Positions 43,799 to 53,667 are shown, counted from the stretch's first letter. The stretch: 64,000 bases of DNA from a virus (IMGVR_UViG_3300042884_001293:1-64000); one strand, 5' to 3'. Numbers and translations: made by a program. Notes: generated by a model not told the origin, from the letters alone.

Positions 43799-43999
43799 AT
43801 GTCGCCACAACTTACCGAATACCAAGTACAAGAGTCTTACCCCGTCCTGCTAGCAAATACTCATGACGTGCGATCGCTGAAAGGTTGCCACAACTGCCGA
43901 TTTAATAATTGGCGGCTCTGTACCAAAGTACCGCCACGGGATAGCGCTAGTTTCTATACTCCTAATGATTGCCACGATTGGCAACGAGAAATGAAATGA
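43799..43999 (+). CDS. hypothetical Cys-rich protein
   Basis: ORF track; ATGA-coupled to the next ORF. Confidence 0.45.
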   Translation: MSPQLTEYQVQESYPVLLANTHDVRSLKGCHNCRFNNWRLCTKVPPRDSASFYTPNDCHDWQREMK

Positions 44000-44172
44000 G
44001 GTCAAAACGATGGCGACGGCGTAATAGAAAAACCCGTCCTGAATGGGTCAAAGCTGAATTTGAGTATCACGAGTTCCCAGCCTTTCACCCCTATACTAAA
44101 CATCCAATTACGGGCATTGTCTTGCATATGGATTTAAGAAAATTGGCATGGGATTTAAGGAAAAGTGTTTAA
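43996..44172 (+). CDS. small basic protein with RxRxTRPEWV motif
   Basis: MRSKRWRRRNRKTRPEWVKAEF...; paralog of 19442-19672. Confidence 0.45.
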   Translation: MRSKRWRRRNRKTRPEWVKAEFEYHEFPAFHPYTKHPITGIVLHMDLRKLAWDLRKSV

Positions 44173-44292
44173 AAGCTAATCTGATTTAAACCATCGCAAT
44201 TACTCAAAGCTTTGCGCTGTATAGAAAAAAGTGCTTTAACGCTAATCGGCTAAAAGCGAATATTTGCGGGTGTAGTCAAATGACGGTCAAAT

Positions 44293-44334
44293 AAAAAATG
44301 AACTACTCAAATAATTCGAGCAGTTCATTTTTTT
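44293..44334. terminator. bidirectional hairpin terminator
   Basis: AAAAAATGAACTACTC-(loop)-GAGCAGTTCATTTTTTT between convergent gene sets. Confidence 0.65.
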
Positions 44335-44490
44335 ATCTCAAATACTCCCTATGCATCGCTGGATATTTATCCGCAGGAACATACAGCGCAACGAACTCCG
44401 CCCAAGTGTGGCGAGGTCTATATCGCTCAATGATCGGCGTTGCCTCAACCGTCAGTTCTTTTTTGGGTGCTGATTTTCTGGTTGCCATAA

Positions 44491-44712
44491 TTACTCACTC
44501 TCAAGCTGTTTCTTTATTTTCTCTTGCCAAATTTGATGCTTTAGCGCTTCCTCAGGTGTGCGTGTAGGGTGATCAATAACCTGTTGCCAAGTCTTTTTAT
44601 GTCTTGGATTTCCTTTTATTATTGCCAGTGCCCAAGCGCGATCTTCTCCATGCTTAGCGATTGCAATGCGGTTAAGATCCGCGAGTGTTTGAGTTTTAGC
44701 CATTGTTACCAC
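44491..44712 (-). CDS. hypothetical protein
   Basis: ORF track; last gene of the minus operon. Confidence 0.45.
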   Translation of the reverse strand: MVTMAKTQTLADLNRIAIAKHGEDRAWALAIIKGNPRHKKTWQQVIDHPTRTPEEALKHQIWQEKIKKQLESE

Positions 44713-45074
44713 CTAAAAATAAAAGCTTGCACACGATACCAAAGCCCCGCATACCATGGCGACTTCATTGGATATGCCTTTTCTTCAAAATGCTCTGAAA
44801 GCAAAAGCGGCAAATCAAACAGCTTATCTTCTTCTGGTGTGCGGTTTTCAATGCTCCATAGCCTCTCAATGTGCGCTAGGTTTGCGTCGTTTTCTGCATC
44901 ATTGGTGATGACTTGGGGCTGTATTTCTGCTAGTAATTCGCTGTAGGTTTTAGTTGACTTAAGCTGATTTCTAATGTTTTCAGCCTCTTCTTGCAGTTCT
45001 TGAATCTGGTAATAATTACCACACTCTTCATTGCATTCTAAAATCATGTCTTCAATCTGTTCTAATTCACTCAT
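44706..45074 (-). CDS. hypothetical protein
   Basis: ORF track; overlapping starts and stops. Confidence 0.5.
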   Translation of the reverse strand: MSELEQIEDMILECNEECGNYYQIQELQEEAENIRNQLKSTKTYSELLAEIQPQVITNDAENDANLAHIERLWSIENRTPEEDKLFDLPLLLSEHFEEKAYPMKSPWYAGLWYRVQAFIFRW

Positions 45075-45654
45075 TGTTGTTACCTATAAGCTTAAATTTA
45101 TAAACCCATAGCCAAGGGTTTGAATTAGCGATCGCCTTGCCATGCAGCATCTCGATCTCTGAGATATAAGAATCAATGGGAGACTTAAAAGAGTAATCTT
45201 CTGCCATGTAATCCCAATAACGATCCCAGTAATCGTCATACTCAATCCCTTCAGCGATCGCCGCCTCAGCCGTGATATCAAGCAATCGCTCTAACTTCAC
45301 ATCAACAATCTCAACCCAGTAACGGGCAAAGGACTTCAGCATGAAACGGGCGTTTTGTTTTGAGTATAAGCCAGTTTTGCGGTTGTTGATTTTTATCAAA
45401 TCTTGCTCAGTAGGAGTTACCCACTTAGATTCTGGACTATGCCAAAAATACTGAATATGCAGTTTTTTGTTTGTGTAATCAGCGCCAGCTAGATTTTGCG
45501 TTGGCTCTGTTAGGTAGCAGCGATCGCCCACATTATACTTAGGCTTATCACTGCCATTAGATAATCGCCGCGTCTCGGTCTTAGGATTAGGCGATCGCGG
45601 ATCAACTATCGCGCAGAAGTTAGCTTCAGTCATGCCTAGCGGTGGGGTTTTCAT
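45067..45654 (-). CDS. ASCH-like domain protein, tentative
   Basis: 'KTETRRL...YNVGDRCYLTE...ARYWVEIVDVKLERLLDITAEAAIAEGI...NPWLWVYKF' follows a pattern common in phage ASCH-like proteins. Confidence 0.35.
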   Translation of the reverse strand: MKTPPLGMTEANFCAIVDPRSPNPKTETRRLSNGSDKPKYNVGDRCYLTEPTQNLAGADYTNKKLHIQYFWHSPESKWVTPTEQDLIKINNRKTGLYSKQNARFMLKSFARYWVEIVDVKLERLLDITAEAAIAEGIEYDDYWDRYWDYMAEDYSFKSPIDSYISEIEMLHGKAIANSNPWLWVYKFKLIGNNNE

Positions 45655-45866
45655 AATTCAATACCTCTAACAACCTTTACAACCGCAATCGTAGTAGTCT
45701 CTTCTTCAATCGCAACCCGATACTGTAATTCAGGATGTCTCAATCTCATCCTTTTTAGTAATTTGATTGCATCAGATTCTTTTTTGTTGGATCTCAGTGT
45801 TTTCCACTCGTTGCGATCTGAGATAAATCGCTGGAGTAGATAGGCGATCTTGATTTGTTGGGTCAC
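45651..45866 (-). CDS. hypothetical protein
   Basis: ATGA-coupled. Confidence 0.45.
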   Translation of the reverse strand: MTQQIKIAYLLQRFISDRNEWKTLRSNKKESDAIKLLKRMRLRHPELQYRVAIEEETTTIAVVKVVRGIEL

Positions 45867-46273
45867 AATGCAACCTCCAATAGTTCTTTACTTTCTGGCA
45901 ATGCGATCGCGCTATCAGGCACAGCAATATAAAAATACTCACCATGCCGCGAGTGATAAGCCCTGCCTGATTGCTGTAGCTTGGCTTTGTTGATGTGGAA
46001 TTTACCGCCCTTGTAGAGGTCTGGAAATATTTCTAGGATTTCTGGCGATAGATCCTGTGATACCACAATGATTTCCATCGCTGTAGTTTTCACTACAGGG
46101 CAAGGCTCGTACAAGGTTAGCCAAGTATTAGATACTGATTTACCGATAAAATTCAGCAATGAAAAAGCAGTATCACCAAAGTAAATATGCTGATAAGGTA
46201 GCGACAGACCACGATTACCAGTGTTATACCGTCGAGCGCGGTATAGATGCGTGAGGTTTTCTACGGGGTGCAT
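45863..46273 (-). CDS. hypothetical protein
   Basis: ORF track. Confidence 0.5.
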   Translation of the reverse strand: MHPVENLTHLYRARRYNTGNRGLSLPYQHIYFGDTAFSLLNFIGKSVSNTWLTLYEPCPVVKTTAMEIIVVSQDLSPEILEIFPDLYKGGKFHINKAKLQQSGRAYHSRHGEYFYIAVPDSAIALPESKELLEVAL

Positions 46274-46275
46274 AA

Positions 46276-46479
46276 TTATTCCTTCTCCTCTAAATTTTTA
46301 CCAACAACAGCAATCCCTAAACCAAAAGCAGTTAAAGCCCCTGATACAACGAAATGGCGATCGCCAAGCTGTTTATTTTCCTTTGCAGAGTAGTAAGCCA
46401 CCAAAAATAAACTGGACATAGCAGCCCCTAAAAGAACGGCGCAAACCGCTAGATAGTGTTTCAAGAAAAATGTTTTCAT
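46276..46479 (-). CDS. small two-TM membrane protein
   Basis: From the ATG at 46479: MKTFFLKHYLAVCAVLLGAAMSSLFLVAYY...GALTAFGLGIAVVG. Confidence 0.45.
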   Translation of the reverse strand: MKTFFLKHYLAVCAVLLGAAMSSLFLVAYYSAKENKQLGDRHFVVSGALTAFGLGIAVVGKNLEEKE

Positions 46480-46481
46480 GG

Positions 46482-47225
46482 CTAACCTCTCGCAAAGAAT
46501 AAGTGGATACGAGCGTCCCACTTATGCACCAAAGGAATGTGTGAAGAAAGCATCTTTCCTGCTATTTCATCAAAAGTAACTCGCAAAAATTGAACATTGC
46601 TAGGGATCTCAATCTCCAAATCAGGCGCGATCAAATAGCCAGTTTTAGACTGCATGGTTTTCATGTACCGCAAAAGCTGATTTAGCGCATCTTTGCCAAT
46701 AGGATCTTTTTTGATTTCTACAGGGATAGATTTGTCTAAAACAAAATCAACTCTTGACTGCTTATTTAGGCAGTATTCATGTTCAATTGTTTTCACAAAA
46801 GGGAAAAGCTCTTCCCAAAACAATTTGACATAGGTATGGATCAAAGCTTCACTTTCTGCATACCCCATCCGCGTAATTATTTGACTAGAAACATTGTGGA
46901 AAATAGCAGTTGCTGATTGCCCTTTATAAAACGACAATGCCAACTTGTGAACATAAGAAGCGTCTTTTAGATACCCAATACTAGATTGCATAGACAGTAC
47001 TGAAGATAGTTCAAGTAATAAAAAACCCAGATCTTCAGAACTTAAAAAAGTTTTTGTGGTTTGCAACTGAAATTTGTTTCTTACCCACAAAGGTAATTCT
47101 GGAAACAAAAGATTTAAATCCAACAATGGCATCAACTCTCTAGCAATCCAATATTCTTTTCCACTTTCATCAAAGCGGCGGATCGCATCAAATGGAGAAT
47201 CATTCTGTACTGTAATTTCACTCAT
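46482..47225 (-). CDS. DinD/Bro-N-like N-terminus fused to a PD-(D/E)xK-like nuclease domain, tentative
   Basis: 'PFDAIRRFDESGKEYWIARELMPLL' at the N-terminus. 'SRVDFVLDKSIPVEIKKD' resembles a D...ExK nuclease core. Confidence 0.4.
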   Translation of the reverse strand: MSEITVQNDSPFDAIRRFDESGKEYWIARELMPLLDLNLLFPELPLWVRNKFQLQTTKTFLSSEDLGFLLLELSSVLSMQSSIGYLKDASYVHKLALSFYKGQSATAIFHNVSSQIITRMGYAESEALIHTYVKLFWEELFPFVKTIEHEYCLNKQSRVDFVLDKSIPVEIKKDPIGKDALNQLLRYMKTMQSKTGYLIAPDLEIEIPSNVQFLRVTFDEIAGKMLSSHIPLVHKWDARIHLFFARG

Positions 47226-47422
47226 TAATCTACCTCTACTAAATCTTCAGGTTTACATCCTAATGCTTTACATAATTTTGCAAAGCGTTCAATAGACTTC
47301 TTATTGTTTTTGCCTTTCTCCCAATTTTGGAAACCAGCGACAGTCATTCCTAACTCGTCAGCCAAAGCTTTTTGAGTCAATCCTTTTCTTTGCCTAAGCT
47401 CTGAAATTTTTGATAAAGCCAT
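47225..47422 (-). CDS. XRE-family HTH regulator (Cro/CI-like)
   Basis: 'ISELRQRKGLTQKALADELGMTVAGFQNWEKG' is a classic HTH_3 segment. Sits at a divergent promoter region. Confidence 0.8.
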   Translation of the reverse strand: MALSKISELRQRKGLTQKALADELGMTVAGFQNWEKGKNNKKSIERFAKLCKALGCKPEDLVEVD

Positions 47423-47578
47423 AAGCGCCTCTATGTAATTCGATCCTTAGTAAAGCATAAATATTTTTACAAGTCAATAGAATATTTAATCAAAAAAGTA
47501 TTGCATTTTAGGAAATACTATGTAATACTGTTTCACATACAGTTAAGAAAACACAAGCAAGCAAAGGACGAGCGCATC

Positions 47579-48040
47579 ATGATCAGCAAAGCAGTAAAGA
47601 AAATCGCAAACGATAACGGGTTCGACTTCTATGTTTCTGGCTTAGGGTACAGACAATCAGCGCAAATCACCACATTGGGAGATAAGCCCCAAGCGGTAAG
47701 CCGTTGCAGCAATAATTCTAAGGATGCACTGCAAGCAATCAACACTCTAATTACACAACGCAAGCTTGATGCTAAATCCGATGAAGCGATCGCCACTGAA
47801 TCCGAGCAAACCATCAGCGATTTACTTCCCCCTGTCGTCACTATCTGCGAAACCGTAGCTGAGCAAGCTTATCAAGAGCTTTTGCCAGTAGACCCATGGG
47901 AACAACGCCGACAAGAACGCATTACTGCACAAGGCGCATTGACAGCCGATGATTTTGCATCTACCTACACAAGGCGCGATGATTTTGGTGATGACGCTTT
48001 TGTGTTTAGCGCTCGTTACGGTTGCGGAGCTTTGATTTAA
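47579..48040 (+). CDS. hypothetical protein
   Basis: ATG at 47579 behind TTGCAT-16 nt-TAATAC. Divergent from the XRE gene. Confidence 0.5.
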   Translation: MISKAVKKIANDNGFDFYVSGLGYRQSAQITTLGDKPQAVSRCSNNSKDALQAINTLITQRKLDAKSDEAIATESEQTISDLLPPVVTICETVAEQAYQELLPVDPWEQRRQERITAQGALTADDFASTYTRRDDFGDDAFVFSARYGCGALI

Positions 48041-48304
48041 TGTGCCAACCATCGCAACAAGTCCTTTACAAAGGCGCGATCGCCACAATAATCGATACAC
48101 TCCCTAGCGTAATTGGATACGATTATTTGATCCATTGCAGTAACGGAGTCCAAAGACCAGTCACACATGATGAGCTAACGGAGATAGAAGTATGACTCCA
48201 TACGACTATCTCCATCAGCAAATGGTTTACTGGCTATGCGTTGCATTCTTATCGCCTATCCTTTTGGCGATCGCTATTAATATTAATCCGCACAGGTAAA
48301 CATC

Positions 48305-48571
48305 ATGAGATTAGAAAAAGTTGGAGCTGAATATAAGCGTAAGTTCAATTTAGGCAACTACGAATCAGCAGAGATCGGCGCTATTATTTGGGCTAGCTGC
48401 GATGAAGGTGATGACATTGGCGAAGTGTTTGACACCTTATTTGAAGTAGCTAAGGAAACAGTTAAAATCAACGTTCCACCAAGCTACAAAAAACACACTC
48501 CAGACTATACAGAATCGTTTACTAAGTACGGTCAAAAAGTTGATAAATCTGAGCTAGAGAGTGAACAATAA
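48305..48571 (+). CDS. hypothetical protein
   Basis: ORF track. Confidence 0.5.
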   Translation: MRLEKVGAEYKRKFNLGNYESAEIGAIIWASCDEGDDIGEVFDTLFEVAKETVKINVPPSYKKHTPDYTESFTKYGQKVDKSELESEQ

Positions 48572-49095
48572 TGACTTTACCATCGGCATCAGCCGTACTA
48601 AAAGCAGAAATCAGCACCTTAAATGATGCGATCATTTCATTAAAAAAAGAATTAGCAATTACTGAATCAGCGGATTTAGGGTTTGAGTTAGCTATCTTAG
48701 GCGATCGCTTAGTCGTTATGTCAGATCCTTTATCCCGTCATGGATGGGAGGTTACTGCATACATTGGATTTGCAACTAAAAAAGATGCTAATGCAATGAT
48801 TGATCGCTTTACTAAAAGCGCTTACGAGTGCAAAAAAACTAACAAACCTATTCCATTTCTATTTATGGAGTTAAGAGAATCAGAAAGAGTTTTTGAGGGT
48901 AAATGGGAACTTAAAATTATTGATCTTCACCAATCGTTAATTAATAAGCTCTGCAAGGAGTTTGGATACGCTATCAGGAATAATGCCCCTGTTGAATCAG
49001 TACCAATTATAGAACCTCAAAAACCCTTGTCTAAAGAAGAAATAGAAGACATTCAAGATTTGGTTGCAATTGCCCAAAAAGCAACTATCAATTAA
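48571..49095 (+). CDS. hypothetical protein
   Basis: Overlaps the upstream stop. Confidence 0.55.
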   Translation: MTLPSASAVLKAEISTLNDAIISLKKELAITESADLGFELAILGDRLVVMSDPLSRHGWEVTAYIGFATKKDANAMIDRFTKSAYECKKTNKPIPFLFMELRESERVFEGKWELKIIDLHQSLINKLCKEFGYAIRNNAPVESVPIIEPQKPLSKEEIEDIQDLVAIAQKATIN

Positions 49096-49176
49096 ATCAG
49101 CGATCGCCATCCTCGCAGTATTTTGGCGATTGCATTGGCTCAATACAGAGTCATTTATTTACAAGGAATAATTATT

Positions 49177-49749
49177 ATGGCGAAAGCTAAAGAGCAAGAA
49201 CAATTCACAGAAGCGCCTGAAACCGATTTGATGGCTGTCTATGAAGCTAATCAAGCTGGATCTACTCAACTCGCAGTAAGGCAAGAATCAGAATCTATTG
49301 CTTTATTGAATGATAAAGACAATGATACTGGACTGACTGCAACACCTGTAAAAGTCAGCGCTAGCACACTTGAACAAGTGCTAAACACCTTGGATGAGAT
49401 CGAAACTTACGAAGATGGGATGAACTTTACCCCTCGTTACAAGGAGTTTGACAAATCCGATGAAGGCAAAGAATATCGCATTGTTTACATGGGTAAAAAG
49501 ATCATTGAAAAATCTGACAAAGGAGAGCTTAAAAAGATTGAATGTGTCGCTTGGTTGCAACGTGAAGATGATTGCGTTAACGCCTACATGAACGGCGGCA
49601 CGATCCTTGTTGATGCTTTTGACGGTGCGACTGTTGGAGAACCTTACAAGATCATTTATCAAGGCACTAAAAAGACTGGAAGTGGCTTCAATGTTAAAGA
49701 CTTCCAATTGATTTCGCTTCGTGTTCCTAAGCGCTTAACAGCTAACTAA
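49177..49749 (+). CDS. hypothetical protein
   Basis: ATG at 49177 (MAKAKEQEQF...). Confidence 0.55.
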   Translation: MAKAKEQEQFTEAPETDLMAVYEANQAGSTQLAVRQESESIALLNDKDNDTGLTATPVKVSASTLEQVLNTLDEIETYEDGMNFTPRYKEFDKSDEGKEYRIVYMGKKIIEKSDKGELKKIECVAWLQREDDCVNAYMNGGTILVDAFDGATVGEPYKIIYQGTKKTGSGFNVKDFQLISLRVPKRLTAN

Positions 49750-49946
49750 CCCACACTCACAGGCGGCGCAATGCCGCCTAAACATTATGCAAAAACTACT
49801 ACAACAAGTTCTATACCTCGCTATTAAGATTGCGGTTGCGAGGAGTTGATTATGATCGGAGTATCTATTTTTACTGTGATTTGTTGTCTAGTGTCTTTAA
49901 GTATTTCTTCTTTTACCCTTGGCTACACTATTGGCAAAAGAAGCAG

Positions 49947-50228
49947 ATGAGCGATAAGAAATTTAAACTCATCCGCACCATCCGCAAAGATGAAGATGTA
50001 ACCAAGCTAACAGCAAGGCTTGACATATTGCGTCTTATGATGGAACGCCATCAAAACAGCAATCCTGATTACGATTATGCGATCGTAGACGAACAAGGCA
50101 ACCCCGCCGAACTAGCCGATTTCCTTGAATCAGAGCTAGCCCATCCCGTGGCTAAAGCGAAGCGGGTGAAGGAAGAGAAGAAAGAGCAGTACAAAAAGAA
50201 AGTAGTCAAGAGGTTGAAGCGATGCTAA
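49947..50228 (+). CDS. hypothetical protein
   Basis: ATG at 49947 (MSDKKFKLIR...); basic C-terminus. Confidence 0.45.
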   Translation: MSDKKFKLIRTIRKDEDVTKLTARLDILRLMMERHQNSNPDYDYAIVDEQGNPAELADFLESELAHPVAKAKRVKEEKKEQYKKKVVKRLKRC

Positions 50229-50503
50229 GTACAATCAAAGTATCTGTAACCGCCGCACACATCGCCGCCGCAAAGTATCCTAGTAAGTCACCATTAGCTC
50301 TTGCCCTGCGAGAGATGGGGTATACAGATACCCACGTCAATCAACATTTTGCATATATCGGCAACAAAGTTTATGCATTGCCAGAATCAGCAATTGCATC
50401 AGAGCGTTGTTTTGATTTCCTTACTAAAGGCGGATCATCGCAGGGTGAGATTGCTGAGAATATTTTTGCTTACGAGTGCGAGTTAGTGGAGCTAGTGCAG
50501 TGA
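50222..50503 (+). CDS. hypothetical protein
   Basis: ORF track; overlapping. Confidence 0.5.
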   Translation: MLSTIKVSVTAAHIAAAKYPSKSPLALALREMGYTDTHVNQHFAYIGNKVYALPESAIASERCFDFLTKGGSSQGEIAENIFAYECELVELVQ

Positions 50504-51519
50504 GTAAAAAAACATTTACAGCATTATTTGCTGGTGGCGGTGGTGCAGATTTAGGAGCGATCGCCGCAGGACTAGAACCATGTGAATCAGTGGAATACGA
50601 TCCTGCGATCGCTGAAGTTCACAAGGCAAATATAAACGGCAAAATGCATGTTGCCAATATCCTTGATTGCGATCCTTATCGCTTTGAAAAGCCTGATATC
50701 CTTCACGCTAGCCCAGTCTGTAAGCAATTTAGCATAGCTAATGCTAACAAAGGCGAAGCACAACTTGATATCGACTGCGCCCGAAAGGTAGCAGAATTTA
50801 TCCAAGTGCTACAGCCTAAGCATTTTACTCTTGAGAATGTGGAAGCTTACCGCAAATCCAAATCGTTCCATTTAATTGTTGAGATGCTTCATAAGCTTGG
50901 ATATTTCTGTAATTGGCAAGTATTAAATGCTGCTGATTTTGGAGTGCCACAGTCGCGCCGACGATTAATCTTAATCGCTGTCAAAGATGGCTTTATCCCA
51001 TCGTTGCCACTGCCTGAAAAGCATATTGGATGGTATGAAGCGATTAAGGATAAGGTGCATGATTTACCTAATAGTCAGTTGGCAGATTGGCAGCTTAGAG
51101 CGTTGCCCAGTGAGATTAAAGAAGTATGTGATCATACTTTACTTCTTAGAGATACTAAATTTACTCATTCGCAAAGACAAGAACCAAGCCCGACCTTAAC
51201 TGTTGATGCTTGTCAACAAGATTACAAAGCCATCCTAGTCGAAAACACAGGAGCGAGAAGCGATCGCGAATTACAAACGCGAGAAGCAACAGAGCCATGT
51301 TGGACACTAAGAGCAATGGGGCAGGACGGGCATTATCACAGGGCTAATGCCATATTAAACACTCGTATCGTAGCTCTAGACATTGCTTGCTTAGCTCGTT
51401 TACAGTCGTTTCCTGATAACTATCAGTGGAGAGGCAAAAAGTCGCTAGACGGCAAAATTATTGGTAATTCAGTACCACCCCTGATGTATCAAAAGATTTT
51501 GCAATCGATCATCCAATAA
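50476..51519 (+). CDS. DNA (cytosine-5)-methyltransferase
   Basis: Motif I 'FAGGGGADLG', motif IV 'ASPVCKQFS', motif VI 'TLENVEAY', motif VIII 'QSRRRLILIA', motif X 'GNSVPPLM'. The true start may be the GTG near 50500. Confidence 0.85.
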   Translation: MRVSGASAVSKKTFTALFAGGGGADLGAIAAGLEPCESVEYDPAIAEVHKANINGKMHVANILDCDPYRFEKPDILHASPVCKQFSIANANKGEAQLDIDCARKVAEFIQVLQPKHFTLENVEAYRKSKSFHLIVEMLHKLGYFCNWQVLNAADFGVPQSRRRLILIAVKDGFIPSLPLPEKHIGWYEAIKDKVHDLPNSQLADWQLRALPSEIKEVCDHTLLLRDTKFTHSQRQEPSPTLTVDACQQDYKAILVENTGARSDRELQTREATEPCWTLRAMGQDGHYHRANAILNTRIVALDIACLARLQSFPDNYQWRGKKSLDGKIIGNSVPPLMYQKILQSIIQ

Positions 51520-51589
51520 AAATCAGCGATCGCCCCATGACAAGCGATCGCTGAAACCCGAAAACTGCATTTCTACCAAATATTAAACC

Positions 51590-51805
51590 ATGAAATATCT
51601 ACTAATCCTCGCATTGCTTTCTATCTCCACCCCTGCGATCGCGCAAGTTAATCGCACCGTTGGCAATGGCTTCTCTGACCTTGGTAAAATCACAGCTAGA
51701 AGCAATCAAGAGGCTTCTAGGCTATGTCGCAAAAAGGGCGGTAACGTTGTGATTAAGACTGGTAACAGATACACTTGCCACTATTTCCAGAGGTTAGCAA
51801 AATGA
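51590..51805 (+). CDS. small secreted protein (signal peptide)
   Basis: MKYLLILALLSISTPAIAQV... Confidence 0.5.
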   Translation: MKYLLILALLSISTPAIAQVNRTVGNGFSDLGKITARSNQEASRLCRKKGGNVVIKTGNRYTCHYFQRLAK

Positions 51806-51966
51806 TCGACCTAACACGCCTATACGCATTGACTGACGAAATGAAATACGCAGCCCAAAACAAGGGTTTAGACGAAAGAGCGTTACGCGCTCAACTGATT
51901 GAACTACGCAGCAAGATCAACCGCGAGCTAGCGGCGATCGTTGTTACTAATACTAGAATTGAGTGA
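51802..51966 (+). CDS. hypothetical small protein
   Basis: ATGA overlap; MIDLTRLYALTDEMK... Confidence 0.4.
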   Translation: MIDLTRLYALTDEMKYAAQNKGLDERALRAQLIELRSKINRELAAIVVTNTRIE

Positions 51967-52094
51967 TGATCTATTAAATTAAATCTTGAGGACAATCTGC
52001 GATAATAAAAGTGTAAAGCCACAAAACCACTGCCATGAAAATGAAGCCCAAGCCAAAAGGTAGTAAGCCAAAGCCAAAGCCTTATAAATAGACA

Positions 52095-52131
52095 AAAAGA
52101 GAGAGCGATCTCAATGATCGCTCTCTCTTTT
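52095..52131. terminator. bidirectional rho-independent terminator
   Basis: AAAAAGAGAGAGCGATC-TCAAT-GATCGCTCTCTCTTTTT between convergent blocks. Confidence 0.8.
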
Positions 52132-52140
52132 TGCTGTTGG

Positions 52141-52599
52141 TTACTTTAATTTAGTAATTGTAATCAAGCCGCCACTATTTTGCTTAACTACGGATGTCCA
52201 AAAATCACGATCGCCAGTCATATCTCCAAAAGCAGAAGCTTTGTTATCTACAAGCCAATCAATCAAATCATCTTCAGTAGCCATCACTGGAGATATAGGA
52301 GTACCTTCAGTTGTATTCTCATAAGCTTGGTAATGTGTACGCTCTGAATTTTCCCAATCTGGCATATAGTCATTAGGATCAGGGCAATCGCCATCATATT
52401 CACTGTATGAAATATTCTTGTATTTGTCTGCGATAGGTTCCCATTGCTTAGTAGTGTAATTAAGCTCAAATCCTTGATTCCATTTATCGTTATGTTCAAC
52501 CCATCGCGCCAATGCCTTGTTATAGCAGTCAAACAATGGCTGATCCGAATAACTCCAATGATCCCAATCAGGGGGAACTCTACGAACTTCACGACCCAT
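52141..52599 (-). CDS. hypothetical protein
   Basis: 152 aa, W/D/Y-rich; no family assigned. Confidence 0.55.
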   Translation of the reverse strand: MGREVRRVPPDWDHWSYSDQPLFDCYNKALARWVEHNDKWNQGFELNYTTKQWEPIADKYKNISYSEYDGDCPDPNDYMPDWENSERTHYQAYENTTEGTPISPVMATEDDLIDWLVDNKASAFGDMTGDRDFWTSVVKQNSGGLITITKLK

Positions 52600-52619
52600 T
52601 ATGTTTACTCCTTTATTAA

Positions 52620-52790
52620 TTAATCTTGTTTACCCTCAACAAATAACTTACACCGCCGCCTCTTAAATTGCCATCGCTTACAAACCTTACAGAATGATTG
52701 CGGATTACGCTTGATGTAATCCTCGCTGTAGCCTGTGTGCAGATACCCTTCAGGGGTTTGACAGATGGTGATTTGTTGTGCGGTAGTCAT
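52620..52790 (-). CDS. small zinc-binding-like protein
   Basis: ATGA start at 52790; 'CQTPEGY...CKVCKRW'. Confidence 0.4.
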   Translation of the reverse strand: MTTAQQITICQTPEGYLHTGYSEDYIKRNPQSFCKVCKRWQFKRRRCKLFVEGKQD

Positions 52791-52990
52791 GGTTCTTTCC
52801 ATTCTTGCATTGTCAGATTTAAGAACGTTACTGAATCTGATTTGGTGCGAGTTTTAATCCTGTTCTCAGCTTCTGCTAGCGCTTCTGCGAATTCTGAAGG
52901 ATGGGCTATATCTATGTCAAAGCCGCATGATCCTTGTACTGAAATTCCTTGTTTGCTTACTTTGTAAGCCGCGAATACTAAAATCTTCAT
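52787..52990 (-). CDS. hypothetical protein
   Basis: Internal ATG at 52990 abuts the upstream stop. Confidence 0.4.
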   Translation of the reverse strand: MKILVFAAYKVSKQGISVQGSCGFDIDIAHPSEFAEALAEAENRIKTRTKSDSVTFLNLTMQEWKEP

Positions 52991-52992
52991 TT

Positions 52993-53370
52993 CTAAATCA
53001 ACTCCATCGCTACCCATTGGAGTAGCGCTTTGAATGTTTCTCTTGATTGCGCGGTTAGCCAATCATCTGCTTTTTGTGTAAAGCCGTCGGTTACTTTTGA
53101 GGGGGTATCCCATCTTTCGGTCATCAAAGCCCATCCCAAGTTAATAACTATATCTGCAAGATATTCTTGAGGCATAGCCATAATCTCACCCTCAAGCCAA
53201 TCAGGGATCTCCACATAGTCGCTTGCTGGTTTGGGTGTGTCTAGCTTTGTTTCTGTATTACCAAAAACAAGATATGCATTTTTAAGCATATCGGGATCTC
53301 TAAGCATTTCCATGCGTTGCTCAACAGAAAATTGCTCAAAAAATTCTCTAGGGATTCTCATTGTGTCCAT
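52993..53370 (-). CDS. hypothetical protein
   Basis: ORF track. Confidence 0.5.
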   Translation of the reverse strand: MDTMRIPREFFEQFSVEQRMEMLRDPDMLKNAYLVFGNTETKLDTPKPASDYVEIPDWLEGEIMAMPQEYLADIVINLGWALMTERWDTPSKVTDGFTQKADDWLTAQSRETFKALLQWVAMELI

Positions 53371-53379
53371 GGCTGTTTG

Positions 53380-53667
53380 TTACTCTTCCTTTAAAATTTG
53401 ATTAGCTGATATAACAAGCCCTTTAAACTCTTTATATCGAATTGTGTAAACTTGTTGATCAATTTCTACGACTACAGAATGGTCTATAGATTTCTCATCA
53501 GCAAGGTCGGCTAGGCGACCAAACTCTTGAGAGAATTGACGATCAAGGCTTGCGATTTCATTGCATAATCTATTTTCTTGCTCTTGCAAATCTGCGATCG
53601 TTTGCCTGAGTGCTGCTAGCTCAGCCTTTTCTTTTAAAACGGTTTTGGCTAGTTCAATTATTTTCAC
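53380..53667 (-). CDS. coiled-coil protein
   Basis: 95 aa, heptad-rich. Confidence 0.5.
   Translation of the reverse strand: MKIIELAKTVLKEKAELAALRQTIADLQEQENRLCNEIASLDRQFSQEFGRLADLADEKSIDHSVVVEIDQQVYTIRYKEFKGLVISANQILKEE

Noticed and set aside
49381-51199. Shadow ORFs 49381-49707, 50301-50486, 50587-50805 and 50987-51199.
   Set aside because: They lie within or opposite well-supported genes, including the C5-methyltransferase.
52284-52592. 102-aa ORF in an alternative frame of 52141-52599.
   Set aside because: It lies wholly inside the longer ORF on the same strand, and the longer ORF has the more protein-like composition.
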